From: a virus
Lineage: Duplodnaviria; Caudoviricetes
IMG/VR virus record: IMGVR_UViG_3300017909_002082
Coordinates: 1 to 33,738 of that record
Strand: one strand, 5' to 3'
Length of the DNA: 33,738 nucleotides
In this document: positions 1 to 8,805 of the stretch, in pieces
Layout: each line of letters starts with the position of its first letter
How positions within the stretch are numbered: the first letter of the stretch is position 1
Made by a program: the position numbers and the translations under genes
The notes under the pieces: generated by a model
Told to the model about the DNA's origin: nothing
Seen by the model: only the letters and a program-made list of their open reading frames with translations
Database searches by the model: none

Positions 1-756
1 GAAATTGATCTTAAGATTGATTCAGTAGCTGTCACAGCTAACACCCGTAAGCTCAAAGCTAAGTGGAGCCCAGAGCTTGCACAGGACTTGAACGCATATC
101 ATAACCTTGACGCTGAAGTTGAGTTGACAAGCGTTCTTTCCGAACACATCGGTCTTGAAATTGACCAAGAGATTCTTAGTGATCTCATCCAAGGCGCAAC
201 TGCTGGTACTCGTTACTGGAGCCGTCGCCCAGGTCAATTCCTAAACCGTGAAACAGGTGCTGACATCACCACAAGTCTCTCACCAGACTTCACAGGTACA
301 GTCAGCGAGTGGTACGAAACACTCCTTGAGTCAATCAACGATGTTTCATCACTCATTCACCGTAAGACACTTCGTGGCGGTGCAAACTTCGTAGTTTGCT
401 CACCAGAAGTTGCAGCTATCCTTGAGTTCACCAGCGGCTTCCGTGCTGACGTTGCAGGTGATTCAGAAGCTAACAGCGGTAGCTGGGGTGCATCAAGAGC
501 AGGAACCCTAAGTCGCAAGATGGACGTCATGGTTGACCCATACTTCCCACGTAACGTGGTCCTAGTTGGTCGTCGTGGCAACAGCTTCCTAGAAAGCGGC
601 TATGTGTACGCTCCATATGTACCACTACAAGTCACACCAACCATCTTTGGTACTGAAGATTTCGTACCACGTAAGGGTGTCATGACCCGTTACGCTAAGA
701 AGATGGTACGTCCAGACATGTACGGTCTCGTTGTCTGCTTGCACCTAACTGACTAA
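1..756 (+). CDS. Major capsid protein, T4 gp23-like (C-terminal part, 5' truncated by window)
   Basis: Frame 1 is open from base 1: EIDLKIDSVAVTANTRKLKAKWSPELAQDLNAYHNLDAEVELTSVLSEHIGLEIDQEI matches the gp23-family 'R.LKA.(Y/W)S.ELAQDL.A.H.LDAE.EL..IL..EI..EI' motif. C-terminal GYVYAPYVPL...F.P..GVMTRY is also gp23-like. Confidence 0.95.
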   Translation, partial: EIDLKIDSVAVTANTRKLKAKWSPELAQDLNAYHNLDAEVELTSVLSEHIGLEIDQEILSDLIQGATAGTRYWSRRPGQFLNRETGADITTSLSPDFTGTVSEWYETLLESINDVSSLIHRKTLRGGANFVVCSPEVAAILEFTSGFRADVAGDSEANSGSWGASRAGTLSRKMDVMVDPYFPRNVVLVGRRGNSFLESGYVYAPYVPLQVTPTIFGTEDFVPRKGVMTRYAKKMVRPDMYGLVVCLHLTD

Positions 757-787
757 TAGTCACTAAGTGTACAGATAGTACGGCATT

Positions 788-815
788 AGCCGCCCTTCGG
801 GGCGGCTTTTGTTTT
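788..815 (+). terminator. Rho-independent terminator after capsid gene
   Basis: Perfect 8-bp stem AGCCGCCC/GGGCGGCT with C(TTCG)G tetraloop followed by TTTGTTTT. Confidence 0.92.
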
Positions 816-840
816 ATCTTGCCAAAGACACTAACAACAA

Positions 841-850
841 CCTATTTATA
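841..850 (+). promoter_or_regulatory. Putative late-promoter motif (CCTATTTATA)
   Basis: Variant of the recurring intergenic ACTANTTA motif, directly after the terminator and upstream of the neck gene SD (AGGAGG). Confidence 0.55.
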
Positions 851-887
851 GACAGTTGATTATTAACATTTGTAGGAGGACGAATGA

Positions 888-2150
888 ATGCCAACAGATT
901 TAAGTCCCTCAAGTACAGTAAGTGCATTAGTTTTACCCACAACTGGAACACACTCAGATGTTGCAAGCTCACTAGCATTTGGCATCTATAGCTCCGCAGC
1001 TTTTATTAGTGGTGCTGTAGACCAAGTTTCTTATGTACATGGTAAGCTAGGTGGTAATGTTCTAGACATAGAACTTCAACCAGCAAATGTTTATAAGGCC
1101 TACGAAGAGGCTTGTTTAGAGTACTCTTATATTGTTAACACTCACCAGGCTAAGAATGTTTTGGCTGACATGATGGGTGGCGCTACAGGCACATTTGACC
1201 AAGACGGTGAATTTAGTGCCTATAGAGATGATACCGATTTAAAACCAAACATGAAGTTTACAAAACTAACTCTAGAATATGCTCGTCACGTTGCGTCCTC
1301 TGTAGCTTCACAGATCGGCTTAGGTCAGAACGAGAGAATATACTCAGCATCCTTTAATACAGTTGCTGATCAACAAGACTATGATTTACAAACACTTATT
1401 TCTGCCTCTTCTATAGATGGCAGCGCAGCAGGTGCAGCCTTTACAGGTGCTATCGGTAATAATAGAATTCTTATTGAAAAAGTGTATTATAGAACACCAG
1501 CATCAGCATGGCGCTTTTTTGGTGGTGGCACATACGGCATGGTAGGTAACCTACACTCATACGGCATGTATTCAGATGATAGTACGTTTGAACTGGTCCC
1601 AGTTTGGCAGCATGAATTACAAGCTAGTGCTTACGAAAATAATCTAAAGATGCGGTCTTCTCACTATTCTTATGAAATAGTAAATAACAGACTTAGATTA
1701 TTTCCTATACCAAACACAGATTCGCCAACTAAGTTTTATGTTAAGTTTAGGCTTAGCTCTACAGAAGCTTATGATGAAGAGTCAGATCGTGGTTATGGTG
1801 CAGATGGCGTAAACAATATGAACACACTGCCATTTCCAAATGTACCATATGCTAACATCAACAGTATTGGTAAGCAGTGGATTCGTCGCTTTGCACTTGC
1901 ATTGTGCAAGGAGACTCTAGGTCAAATTAGATCTAAATTAGGATCTTTACCAATCCCTGGTAATGATGTTACACTAAATGGGTCTGCACTCATATCAGAA
2001 GGCAAAGAAGAACAAAATGCTCTTAGGGAAGAACTTAAGACTGTTCTAGATGAATTGACCTATGTCAAGCTATCAGAGGGTGATGCCTCGCTTATGAACA
2101 CAGTTAACGAAACACTACAGAAGGTGCCATATGGCATTTACGTGGGGTAA
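888..2150 (+). CDS. Neck / head-tail adaptor protein (T4 gp13-like)
   Basis: Position after the capsid gene; N-terminal KLGG..LDIEL motif; C-terminal WIRRFALALCKETLGQIRSK...PG.DVTLNG..L..EG..E...L.EEL typical of gp13-like neck proteins; SD AGGAGG. Confidence 0.8.
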   Translation: MPTDLSPSSTVSALVLPTTGTHSDVASSLAFGIYSSAAFISGAVDQVSYVHGKLGGNVLDIELQPANVYKAYEEACLEYSYIVNTHQAKNVLADMMGGATGTFDQDGEFSAYRDDTDLKPNMKFTKLTLEYARHVASSVASQIGLGQNERIYSASFNTVADQQDYDLQTLISASSIDGSAAGAAFTGAIGNNRILIEKVYYRTPASAWRFFGGGTYGMVGNLHSYGMYSDDSTFELVPVWQHELQASAYENNLKMRSSHYSYEIVNNRLRLFPIPNTDSPTKFYVKFRLSSTEAYDEESDRGYGADGVNNMNTLPFPNVPYANINSIGKQWIRRFALALCKETLGQIRSKLGSLPIPGNDVTLNGSALISEGKEEQNALREELKTVLDELTYVKLSEGDASLMNTVNETLQKVPYGIYVG

Positions 2151-2154
2151 CTAG

Positions 2155-2655
2155 ATGGCAAACGAATGGACACAGCCAGGTGCTCCTCCAGGACCACTGT
2201 TTGTAGGCAAGAAAGAACGTGACTTTGCAAAACAGGTCACAGATGAAATTGTAGAAAAGATAATTGGGCAAAGAATATTGTATTTTCCAATTGATATAGA
2301 AACAAGCAATTTCCACCCTTTGTATGGGGAAGCTATAAGAAAAGTCTTTTTACCGCCTATACATGTACATGTTTTAGTAGATTATCAGGGCTCTACTACA
2401 ACATCAGAGGAGTTTGGTGTAGATCGCCTAGATAACGCTAATATTCTCTTTCATAGAAGAAGACTGACAGAAGACCAGGATTTGTTTGTACGTGTTGGTG
2501 ATTATATCCAATTTGACAACAAGTACTACGAGATAGTAGAGTTGGCAGAGCCAAGATATATCTTTGGTCAAGACTCAGGACTTGATGGGCACAAAGTAGA
2601 GATTTCAGCATCTGTTAGACGTGCTAGAAAAGGATTATTTGAGGGTACACCATAA
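2155..2655 (+). CDS. Head completion / neck protein (gp14-like)
   Basis: Synteny after neck gene; HPLYGEA..K.F and VRVGDYIQF..KYYEI motifs resemble head-closure proteins. Confidence 0.65.
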   Translation: MANEWTQPGAPPGPLFVGKKERDFAKQVTDEIVEKIIGQRILYFPIDIETSNFHPLYGEAIRKVFLPPIHVHVLVDYQGSTTTSEEFGVDRLDNANILFHRRRLTEDQDLFVRVGDYIQFDNKYYEIVELAEPRYIFGQDSGLDGHKVEISASVRRARKGLFEGTP

Positions 2656-3524
2656 TGCCAAAAAGAACTGAGTTTATAGATCAAAGCAGCCCCTTGCCAA
2701 TCAGAGCGTCTACGCTAGAGACAATTGATACGGCTTTGTTTAACTATGTCAAAGAACTAAACATTAATGCAGATACTAATGAAGGCTACAAACCAGTGCC
2801 TATTATCTTTAATACACAAGAACGTGCTGCCATGATGAAGACAACACCTGACATACGTGATGATAGTCTTGGTAGGCAGGACAGTCTTGTTTATCCTTTG
2901 ATAGCTGTGGCAAGAACTAGTGTAGACAAGGATGTTGCTAAGCGTGGCAAATACTATGCTCCAATCCCAGAAAATAGTGGGTATGATAGAATCAAGGTGG
3001 CCGTTAAGATAAATCAGGAAAAGACCGCAGTTCGTGCAAACTCAGACTCTATTAGAAGGTCAAGCACAAGAACCGATGCTAATAGAAAGACATTCCCTGG
3101 AGAAACACAAAGATTTGTTTATGATGTGTACTCTATTCCTTCTCCTGTTTATTTAAGTGTGGGATATGAGATCACCCTAAGAACAGAGTACATTCAACAA
3201 ATGAACGAAATGGCTAGCCACTTTATGCTAACAGGTGGCTCAAGAAACTATTTTATCCTAGAACACGAAGGTCACCGATATGAAGCCTTTATACAGGGAA
3301 GCTTCTCACAGGATAACAATGTTGGCGCACTTGGAACCGAGGAGAGAATCTTTACGACCAAAGTCAACATTGAAGTCATGGGCTACATCCTATCAGAAGA
3401 AAAGATTCAGTCAGCAGTCAAGATAGAACAAACACCAGCAGAAGTGATTATCAAGCGTGAACGTGCCATCTTAAGCGATGAGATACCGTTTCATTTAGAC
3501 GAGAAAAACAAAATTAGAAGATAA
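2655..3524 (+). CDS. Tail terminator / sheath stabiliser (gp15-like)
   Basis: Between neck genes and sheath; VPIIF...ER, YPLIAV.R, P.PVYL.V.YEI...TEY.QQMNE motifs; TAATG coupling with the upstream gene. Confidence 0.65.
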   Translation: MPKRTEFIDQSSPLPIRASTLETIDTALFNYVKELNINADTNEGYKPVPIIFNTQERAAMMKTTPDIRDDSLGRQDSLVYPLIAVARTSVDKDVAKRGKYYAPIPENSGYDRIKVAVKINQEKTAVRANSDSIRRSSTRTDANRKTFPGETQRFVYDVYSIPSPVYLSVGYEITLRTEYIQQMNEMASHFMLTGGSRNYFILEHEGHRYEAFIQGSFSQDNNVGALGTEERIFTTKVNIEVMGYILSEEKIQSAVKIEQTPAEVIIKRERAILSDEIPFHLDEKNKIRR

Positions 3525-3555
3525 AACCGCCTCTGGTGTTTTAGCCAGTTTCTAA

Positions 3556-3565
3556 ACTACTTATA
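3556..3565 (+). promoter_or_regulatory. Putative late-promoter motif (ACTACTTATA) upstream of sheath
   Basis: ACTANTTA match in the intergenic gap, about 60 nt upstream of the sheath ATG. Confidence 0.55.
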
Positions 3566-3622
3566 TTGTATCCGAGCGCATCCAATGCTGGATATACACA
3601 CGTTTAGAGGAGAATTGTATAA

Positions 3623-6600
3623 ATGTCCGAGAAGAAATTCAAGTTTATCTCCCCAGGAGTTTTTACTTCTGAAATAGATAACTCACAAATCCCTAGAACC
3701 CCAGCCGAAGTTGGGCCTGTTATTATTGGTAGAACCGCTAAAGGACCAGCTTTTAAGCCTGTCACAGTCAGTTCATATGATGAGTTTGTCCAAGTTTTCG
3801 GTGATGCCAATGCTGGACAAGGTAACAACTCAAAGGACGTCTTTAGAGAGAACACCATCTTAGGTCCAACCTATGCAGCATACGCAGCACAAGCTTGGCT
3901 ACGCAACAACAACGCAGTAACCATGGTTCGCCTCCTAGGTGAAGATCACCCAGACGCATCTGAAGGTGCAGGCAACACAGGTGTTGCGGGATATGAATTT
4001 GCAGGCATAGCAGACAGCGATACAGGACAAGGCGCTTTTGGCTTGTTTGTATTTCCATCTTCCTCATTGCCAGCCAACCCAGCTACAACAAGAAGTCTTT
4101 CAGGTACACTCGCAGCAGTCTTTTACTGCCAAGAGGGTAAACTTGTTCTTAGTGGCACCAGCCCAGATAATGGCGGCTTGCTTACAGCTTCTGGTGGCAC
4201 CTTGATTGATTCCGACTCTAACGGAGAGTTTACAATACAAGTCAATCCTGATGGCAATGCTGATGCAACTGCCCCAACAGAAAAGATTAAATTTAACTTT
4301 AACCTAACCAGCGATCGCTTCGTTCGTAAGGTATTCAACACTAACCCAACTCTAGTTAACGACAATGTTTCAACAGCTACACTAGCTGATGGTTCAAGCC
4401 GTGTTAACTACTTCTTGGGTGAAACATTTGAAACAAAGGTTGCTCAAGGCAGCACCTTCCGTGAAATGTTTGTTACTGGCACAGCATACACTGGCACTAA
4501 GATGAGAGGCGTTTTGCTTCCATTGCAGAACCAGGCAGCACCAGCAGAAGAGTATGGTGATTACGCTTATCCAGCAACAAAAGCAACTACAGGTTGGTTT
4601 ATCTCTCAGGACTTAACTAACACTAGCGGATCATATGAAGCTAAAAATATGCAGACACTTTTCCGCATTGAGGCTCTCTACGCAGGTCAAGCTCCTCAAA
4701 GAGAAGTTAAGATCTCAATTCAAAACATCAAAGCTTCTACTACAAATGCCGACCCATATGGCACCTTTGATGTTGTTGTTCGTGAACTACGAGACACCGA
4801 TAACAGACAAAGAGTTGTAGAAAGATACTCAGGATGTAACTTGAATCCAGCTTCTGAAAACTACGTTGCTCGCCGCATCGGCGATCAGCATGAAGTTTAT
4901 GATTCAGCAGAGAAGAGAAACAGAACATATGGTGAATTCGCTAATCAATCAAACTACGTTCGTGTAGTTATGAATGAAGATGTAAATAGAGCACAGACAG
5001 ACAGTCGCTTGCTTCCATTCGGCTTCTTTGGTCCAGCCAAGTATCGTGATGTAGATATTCACAGTGGTTCATCCACACTACATGCATACGGCGGATCAGA
5101 AAAAGGCGACGTCGCAGGTGGCGCAGCACATAGTATGCTTGACGGTGGTCATGGCTTTGGTAACCTTATGAACTTTGATGGAGAGATTGCAGAAACAACC
5201 GATCTCATCAATATGGGTAACCTCAACATAACTGCTAGTATTCGCTTCCCAGAACTCAACCTTGTTATGAGTTCATCATACGGTGGTCCAAACAGCAAGG
5301 AAGTAACACACTTTGGTGTCTACACAGGTAAATCATTGTCTGATCCTAAGTTCAATGAAGAACTCCTTGATATTATGCGTCCATTGAATGTTAACCACAA
5401 AGGTTACACATCAGAGGCAGCACTAGACATGCCACACGTAAGACCCGACACGTTTGACGTTGTTGGTGCTCTAGCAGAAACTGACGCAGCTACATCAACA
5501 GCACAAGTTCACTCCTTTGTGTTCTCGCTAGATGACGTAGGTCCACTACCAGGTAATGGCTCAGCAGCTAAATACTACCCTGGTCTCCGCAAGAAAGGCT
5601 TGTCATTCACCGCAGGTGCAACAATCAGCACCGCAGGTGTACGCACAGCCGAGCAGACAGGTGGAGCATACAATCTTATCCTTGATCAGGGATATGACAG
5701 CTTTACAACAGTCCTTCATGGCGGACATGATGGTCTAGACATCACCGAGCCAGAGCCATTTAACAATGCTCGCATGGGTACAACAGAAACTACAAGTTAT
5801 GCCCTGCACTCAGTTGTTAGAGGTTTGGACTTGATGCGTGATCCAGAAGATGTTCAGGGTAACCTACTAGTTGTCCCAGGCATCACAAAGACACAAGTTA
5901 CAGATAAGATGCTAGAGATAGCAGAAGATCGTGGTGACATGCTAGCTATTATTGACTTGGGTGGTGTATACACACCTGAGACAGAAAATACCAGCACATA
6001 CCAGACTCGTGCAGGAACAACAGTTAAGAGTGCAGTAGACACACTTACTGACCGTGAGATCAACACCAGCTATGGTGCAGCATACTACCCATGGGTACGT
6101 GCTCGTGACACCAGAACTAACCAGTTGGTCTGGTTGCCACCATCAATCCCAGCACTAGGTGCTATGTCCTTCACTGATCGTGTAGGCGCACCTTGGTTCG
6201 CTCCTGCTGGCCTACAACGTGGTGGCTTGTCAGATGGCGCAGGTGGTCTTCCAATCATTGATGTAACCAAGAAGCTAACATCAAAAGATCGTGATGATCT
6301 CTATGCAGCTAACATTAACCCAATCGCTAAGTTCCCAGCAGAGGGAATCGTAATCTTCGGACAGAAGACACTACAAGCAACTCCATCAGCACTTGACCGA
6401 GTCAATGTGCGCCGCATGATGATCTACGTCAAGAGAGAGATCAGCAGGGTTGCAAGTCAGCTATTGTTTGCCGCAAACAGAAAAGAAACATGGAACCGTT
6501 TCATTGCACAAGCAGAGCCAATCCTTAGAAGTGTACAGTCAAACCTAGGTATTGATGACTTCCGACTTATCCTAGATGAGTCAACAACAACACCTGACTT

Positions 6601-6712
6601 GATTGACCGTAACATCATCTATGCTAAGGTTCTTATCAAGCCAACTAGAACTGCCGAGTTCTTCGCAATAGACTTTAGCATTGCAAGATCAGGCGCTTCT
6701 TTTGCGGACTAA
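3623..6712 (+). CDS. Contractile tail sheath protein (gp18-like) with large insertions
   Basis: N-terminal SPGVFTSEIDNS..IGRTAKGP; C-terminal YYPWV, WFAPAG..RG, RDDLYAANINPI, GQKTLQ..PSALDRVNVRR, IKPTRTAEF motifs. Confidence 0.95.
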   Translation: MSEKKFKFISPGVFTSEIDNSQIPRTPAEVGPVIIGRTAKGPAFKPVTVSSYDEFVQVFGDANAGQGNNSKDVFRENTILGPTYAAYAAQAWLRNNNAVTMVRLLGEDHPDASEGAGNTGVAGYEFAGIADSDTGQGAFGLFVFPSSSLPANPATTRSLSGTLAAVFYCQEGKLVLSGTSPDNGGLLTASGGTLIDSDSNGEFTIQVNPDGNADATAPTEKIKFNFNLTSDRFVRKVFNTNPTLVNDNVSTATLADGSSRVNYFLGETFETKVAQGSTFREMFVTGTAYTGTKMRGVLLPLQNQAAPAEEYGDYAYPATKATTGWFISQDLTNTSGSYEAKNMQTLFRIEALYAGQAPQREVKISIQNIKASTTNADPYGTFDVVVRELRDTDNRQRVVERYSGCNLNPASENYVARRIGDQHEVYDSAEKRNRTYGEFANQSNYVRVVMNEDVNRAQTDSRLLPFGFFGPAKYRDVDIHSGSSTLHAYGGSEKGDVAGGAAHSMLDGGHGFGNLMNFDGEIAETTDLINMGNLNITASIRFPELNLVMSSSYGGPNSKEVTHFGVYTGKSLSDPKFNEELLDIMRPLNVNHKGYTSEAALDMPHVRPDTFDVVGALAETDAATSTAQVHSFVFSLDDVGPLPGNGSAAKYYPGLRKKGLSFTAGATISTAGVRTAEQTGGAYNLILDQGYDSFTTVLHGGHDGLDITEPEPFNNARMGTTETTSYALHSVVRGLDLMRDPEDVQGNLLVVPGITKTQVTDKMLEIAEDRGDMLAIIDLGGVYTPETENTSTYQTRAGTTVKSAVDTLTDREINTSYGAAYYPWVRARDTRTNQLVWLPPSIPALGAMSFTDRVGAPWFAPAGLQRGGLSDGAGGLPIIDVTKKLTSKDRDDLYAANINPIAKFPAEGIVIFGQKTLQATPSALDRVNVRRMMIYVKREISRVASQLLFAANRKETWNRFIAQAEPILRSVQSNLGIDDFRLILDESTTTPDLIDRNIIYAKVLIKPTRTAEFFAIDFSIARSGASFAD

Positions 6713-6742
6713 GTGATATATAAAAAAGAGGAGAAATAAATA

Positions 6743-7330
6743 ATGGCATTCTTTGCATCCCAAACTTCCGATCCAAAAAGAGGATTTAGGTTTTTACTTA
6801 GTATCGGAGGAATTCCAGCATACACAATTAAGACAGTAAGCAAGCCTGGTGTTACAGTTAGTACAATTGAGCATCAGTTTTTGAATCACACTTTCCGATA
6901 CCCAGGACGTACAACTTGGGATTCTCCTATCAGCGTTACACTGGTTGATCCAGTTGACCCTGATGTTGCTAGAACTCTCCTTAATAAGATCAAGAACGCT
7001 GGTTATGTTTATCCAACAGACCCAGCTAGCTCACAGCAGTCAATGACCAAAGACGTTGCTGTTAACACACTTGAAGGTTGCGTTATTGAGCAGCTTTCAG
7101 GTGATGGCAGCACAGCCGTAGAAAGATGGGAACTTAAGAATGCTTTCCTATCCAAAGTAACCTACGGTGATCTTGACTACGGTAGTGAAGATCTTTCACA
7201 GATCACTATTGAGATTACATACGATTGGGCAGAACTCCGTGAGTCAGGTCCAGTTGATCCATCACAAGCAGTGAGACCAGACAGAATAGCCAACTCAGAC
7301 TCAGAGGGTAAGAGTACAGCCAGGGGCTAA
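6743..7330 (+). CDS. Tail tube protein (gp19-like)
   Basis: Follows sheath; DPKR.FRF, YPGR.TW..I..TL.DPV, W.LKNAF....YGDLDY.SED...I.....YDWA motifs. Confidence 0.9.
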   Translation: MAFFASQTSDPKRGFRFLLSIGGIPAYTIKTVSKPGVTVSTIEHQFLNHTFRYPGRTTWDSPISVTLVDPVDPDVARTLLNKIKNAGYVYPTDPASSQQSMTKDVAVNTLEGCVIEQLSGDGSTAVERWELKNAFLSKVTYGDLDYGSEDLSQITIEITYDWAELRESGPVDPSQAVRPDRIANSDSEGKSTARG

Positions 7331-7356
7331 ACAAAGAATAGAAGATGTGATATTGT
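7328..7356 (+). promoter_or_regulatory. sigma70-like promoter TAAACA-N17-TATTGT with extended -10 TG
   Basis: -35 at 7328-7333, 17-nt spacer ending TGA, -10 at 7351-7356; near-identical architecture recurs at 16028 and 22311. Confidence 0.55.
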
Positions 7357-7382
7357 TAATATCATAGAAAGGTTATCATAAC

Positions 7383-8246
7383 ATGGCTAGAAATAAGAAT
7401 CGTAAAACCGCCAACATGGGCGCAGATACCCCAGAGGTGTCTGCTGCCCCTGTTGCGCAGCAAAGTAGTGACCAATCCTTTTCTTGGACAAACCCAACAG
7501 AATTTGTTGACTTGCCTTCAGAAGGACTTCGTTATCCACAAGGACATCCACTATTTAATCAGACTTCCGTAGAGATTCGTCATATGACTGCTAAGGAAGA
7601 AGATATTCTTACATCAGAATCACTTATTCGTAAGGGTATCGTTCTAGATCGCTTGATAGACAGTGTACTTGTAAACAAGTCCATAAAAGCAGAAAGCTTG
7701 TTAATCGGCGATAAGAATGCCATTCTAATAGCAGCACGAGTAACAGGCTATGGTGAAGACTACGACGCATCTGTTGACTGCCCTAACTGCGGGGAAACAA
7801 ATAAAGCAAGCTATGACATACCAAGCATTATTCAAACTGTAGAGCCAAGTGAAGATGTGAATTGGGTAGGGCACGATACATTTAAGGTGTCGTTACCCAG
7901 AACAAAGGTAGAAGTAACTTGCCGCCTACTAACAGGTAGAGATGAAGAGTCTCGTCGCCAAAGACAAAAAAATGAGAAAAGAGCAGGTGTTGCTAGTTCA
8001 GGCGGCTTGACAAGTCAGATAGAAATGATTATTACTAGTATCAATGGCAGCGAAGACAGAGGCATGATCCGATCATTTGTGCAGAATATGCCTGCACTAG
8101 ATGCCAGGCACTTACGTAAGGTATATGCTTCTGCCGTCCCTAACATTGAATTAAAAGCAGACTTCACTTGTGTTGCGTGTGAGCATAACACAGAAATGGA
8201 GGTGCCCATTACGGCGGGCTTTTTTTGGCCTGACGCAGGAGTATAG
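7383..8246 (+). CDS. Tail assembly chaperone / baseplate hub assembly protein (gp26-like), Zn-ribbon motifs
   Basis: VDLPS.G..YP, MTAKEEDIL, LL.GD.NAIL.AAR..GYG..Y, two CxxC pairs (CPNC, CVAC), ends FFWPD; sits between tube and tape measure. Confidence 0.8.
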   Translation: MARNKNRKTANMGADTPEVSAAPVAQQSSDQSFSWTNPTEFVDLPSEGLRYPQGHPLFNQTSVEIRHMTAKEEDILTSESLIRKGIVLDRLIDSVLVNKSIKAESLLIGDKNAILIAARVTGYGEDYDASVDCPNCGETNKASYDIPSIIQTVEPSEDVNWVGHDTFKVSLPRTKVEVTCRLLTGRDEESRRQRQKNEKRAGVASSGGLTSQIEMIITSINGSEDRGMIRSFVQNMPALDARHLRKVYASAVPNIELKADFTCVACEHNTEMEVPITAGFFWPDAGV

Positions 8247-8412
8247 CAAGAGTGTCTATGAAGAGTTCTTTCTACTCAAGTACCATGGGGGATGGAGCTT
8301 CGTAGAAGCATACAACCTACCAGTACGATTAAGGAGGTGGTTTCTGCAAAGACTAGTAGAAGAAGTCAAAAAAGAGAACGAAGCTATTAAGGCGCAGACA
8401 AAGGGGAGGTAA
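8170..8412 (+). CDS. Frameshift extension of tail chaperone (GT-like / gp51-like); the translated part is likely 8227-8412
   Basis: No in-frame ATG; YEEFFLLKYHGGWSFVEAYNLPVRLRRWFLQRL resembles the 'W/Y-S..E...MP...R..Y/F' chaperone-extension motif; followed by a terminator. Confidence 0.7.
   Translation: MLRVSITQKWRCPLRRAFFGLTQEYSKSVYEEFFLLKYHGGWSFVEAYNLPVRLRRWFLQRLVEEVKKENEAIKAQTKGR
8217..8229 (+). other. Candidate programmed +1/-2 frameshift site GGC TTT TTT TGG (T7 run 8220-8226)
   Basis: The T7 run is read FF in both the chaperone frame and the +1 frame of the overlapping ORF 8170-8412. Confidence 0.65.
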
Positions 8413-8429
8413 AACTCCTCTTTTGTTTT
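8401..8429 (+). terminator. Rho-independent terminator
   Basis: AAGGGGAG-GTAAAA-CTCCTCTT hairpin (one G-U pair) followed by TTGTTTT. Confidence 0.7.
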
Positions 8430-8440
8430 ATATAAAGCAA

Positions 8441-8450
8441 ACTATTTACT
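8441..8450 (+). promoter_or_regulatory. Putative late-promoter motif (ACTATTTACT)
   Basis: ACTANTTA immediately after a terminator and upstream of the tape-measure/baseplate operon. Confidence 0.6.
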
Positions 8451-8472
8451 AAATAAGATGGGGTGTTATATT

Positions 8473-8793
8473 ATGGATTTTGAAAACATAGTAATAGACC
8501 TAGGCGCAAAGCGACGTGGAACGTTAAATGAAAGCGTTCTAAACATCTTTGCAGCATGGGTACAATATCTCTTAGAGAAGATGTTTAAAGGACAGAATAT
8601 ACCTGTCAAGGTCCGTGGTAACAAATTAGAAGTTATGCGCTTTACTGGTGCACTAACTGCTGAGAAGCGTTACATTGACGGAATTAAAAAGTATGGATTA
8701 GATAGCCCACTTACCTATAAGAATAGAGTCAAGCTCCAACATCAGATTAAATTGTTTGAGCGTGAAACAGGTATTGAATGGCCTATCAAGTAG
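8473..8793 (+). CDS. Hypothetical protein (106 aa; alternative start 8458)
   Basis: Fills the gap between the late motif and the tape measure gene; no recognisable family. Confidence 0.7.
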   Translation: MDFENIVIDLGAKRRGTLNESVLNIFAAWVQYLLEKMFKGQNIPVKVRGNKLEVMRFTGALTAEKRYIDGIKKYGLDSPLTYKNRVKLQHQIKLFERETGIEWPIK

Positions 8794-8805
8794 GAGCACA
8801 CTTGA

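Noticed and set aside
5608-5640. Direct repeat CACCGCAGGTG twice in the sheath gene
   Set aside because: Only two copies, explained by repeated TAG(A/V) peptide coding.
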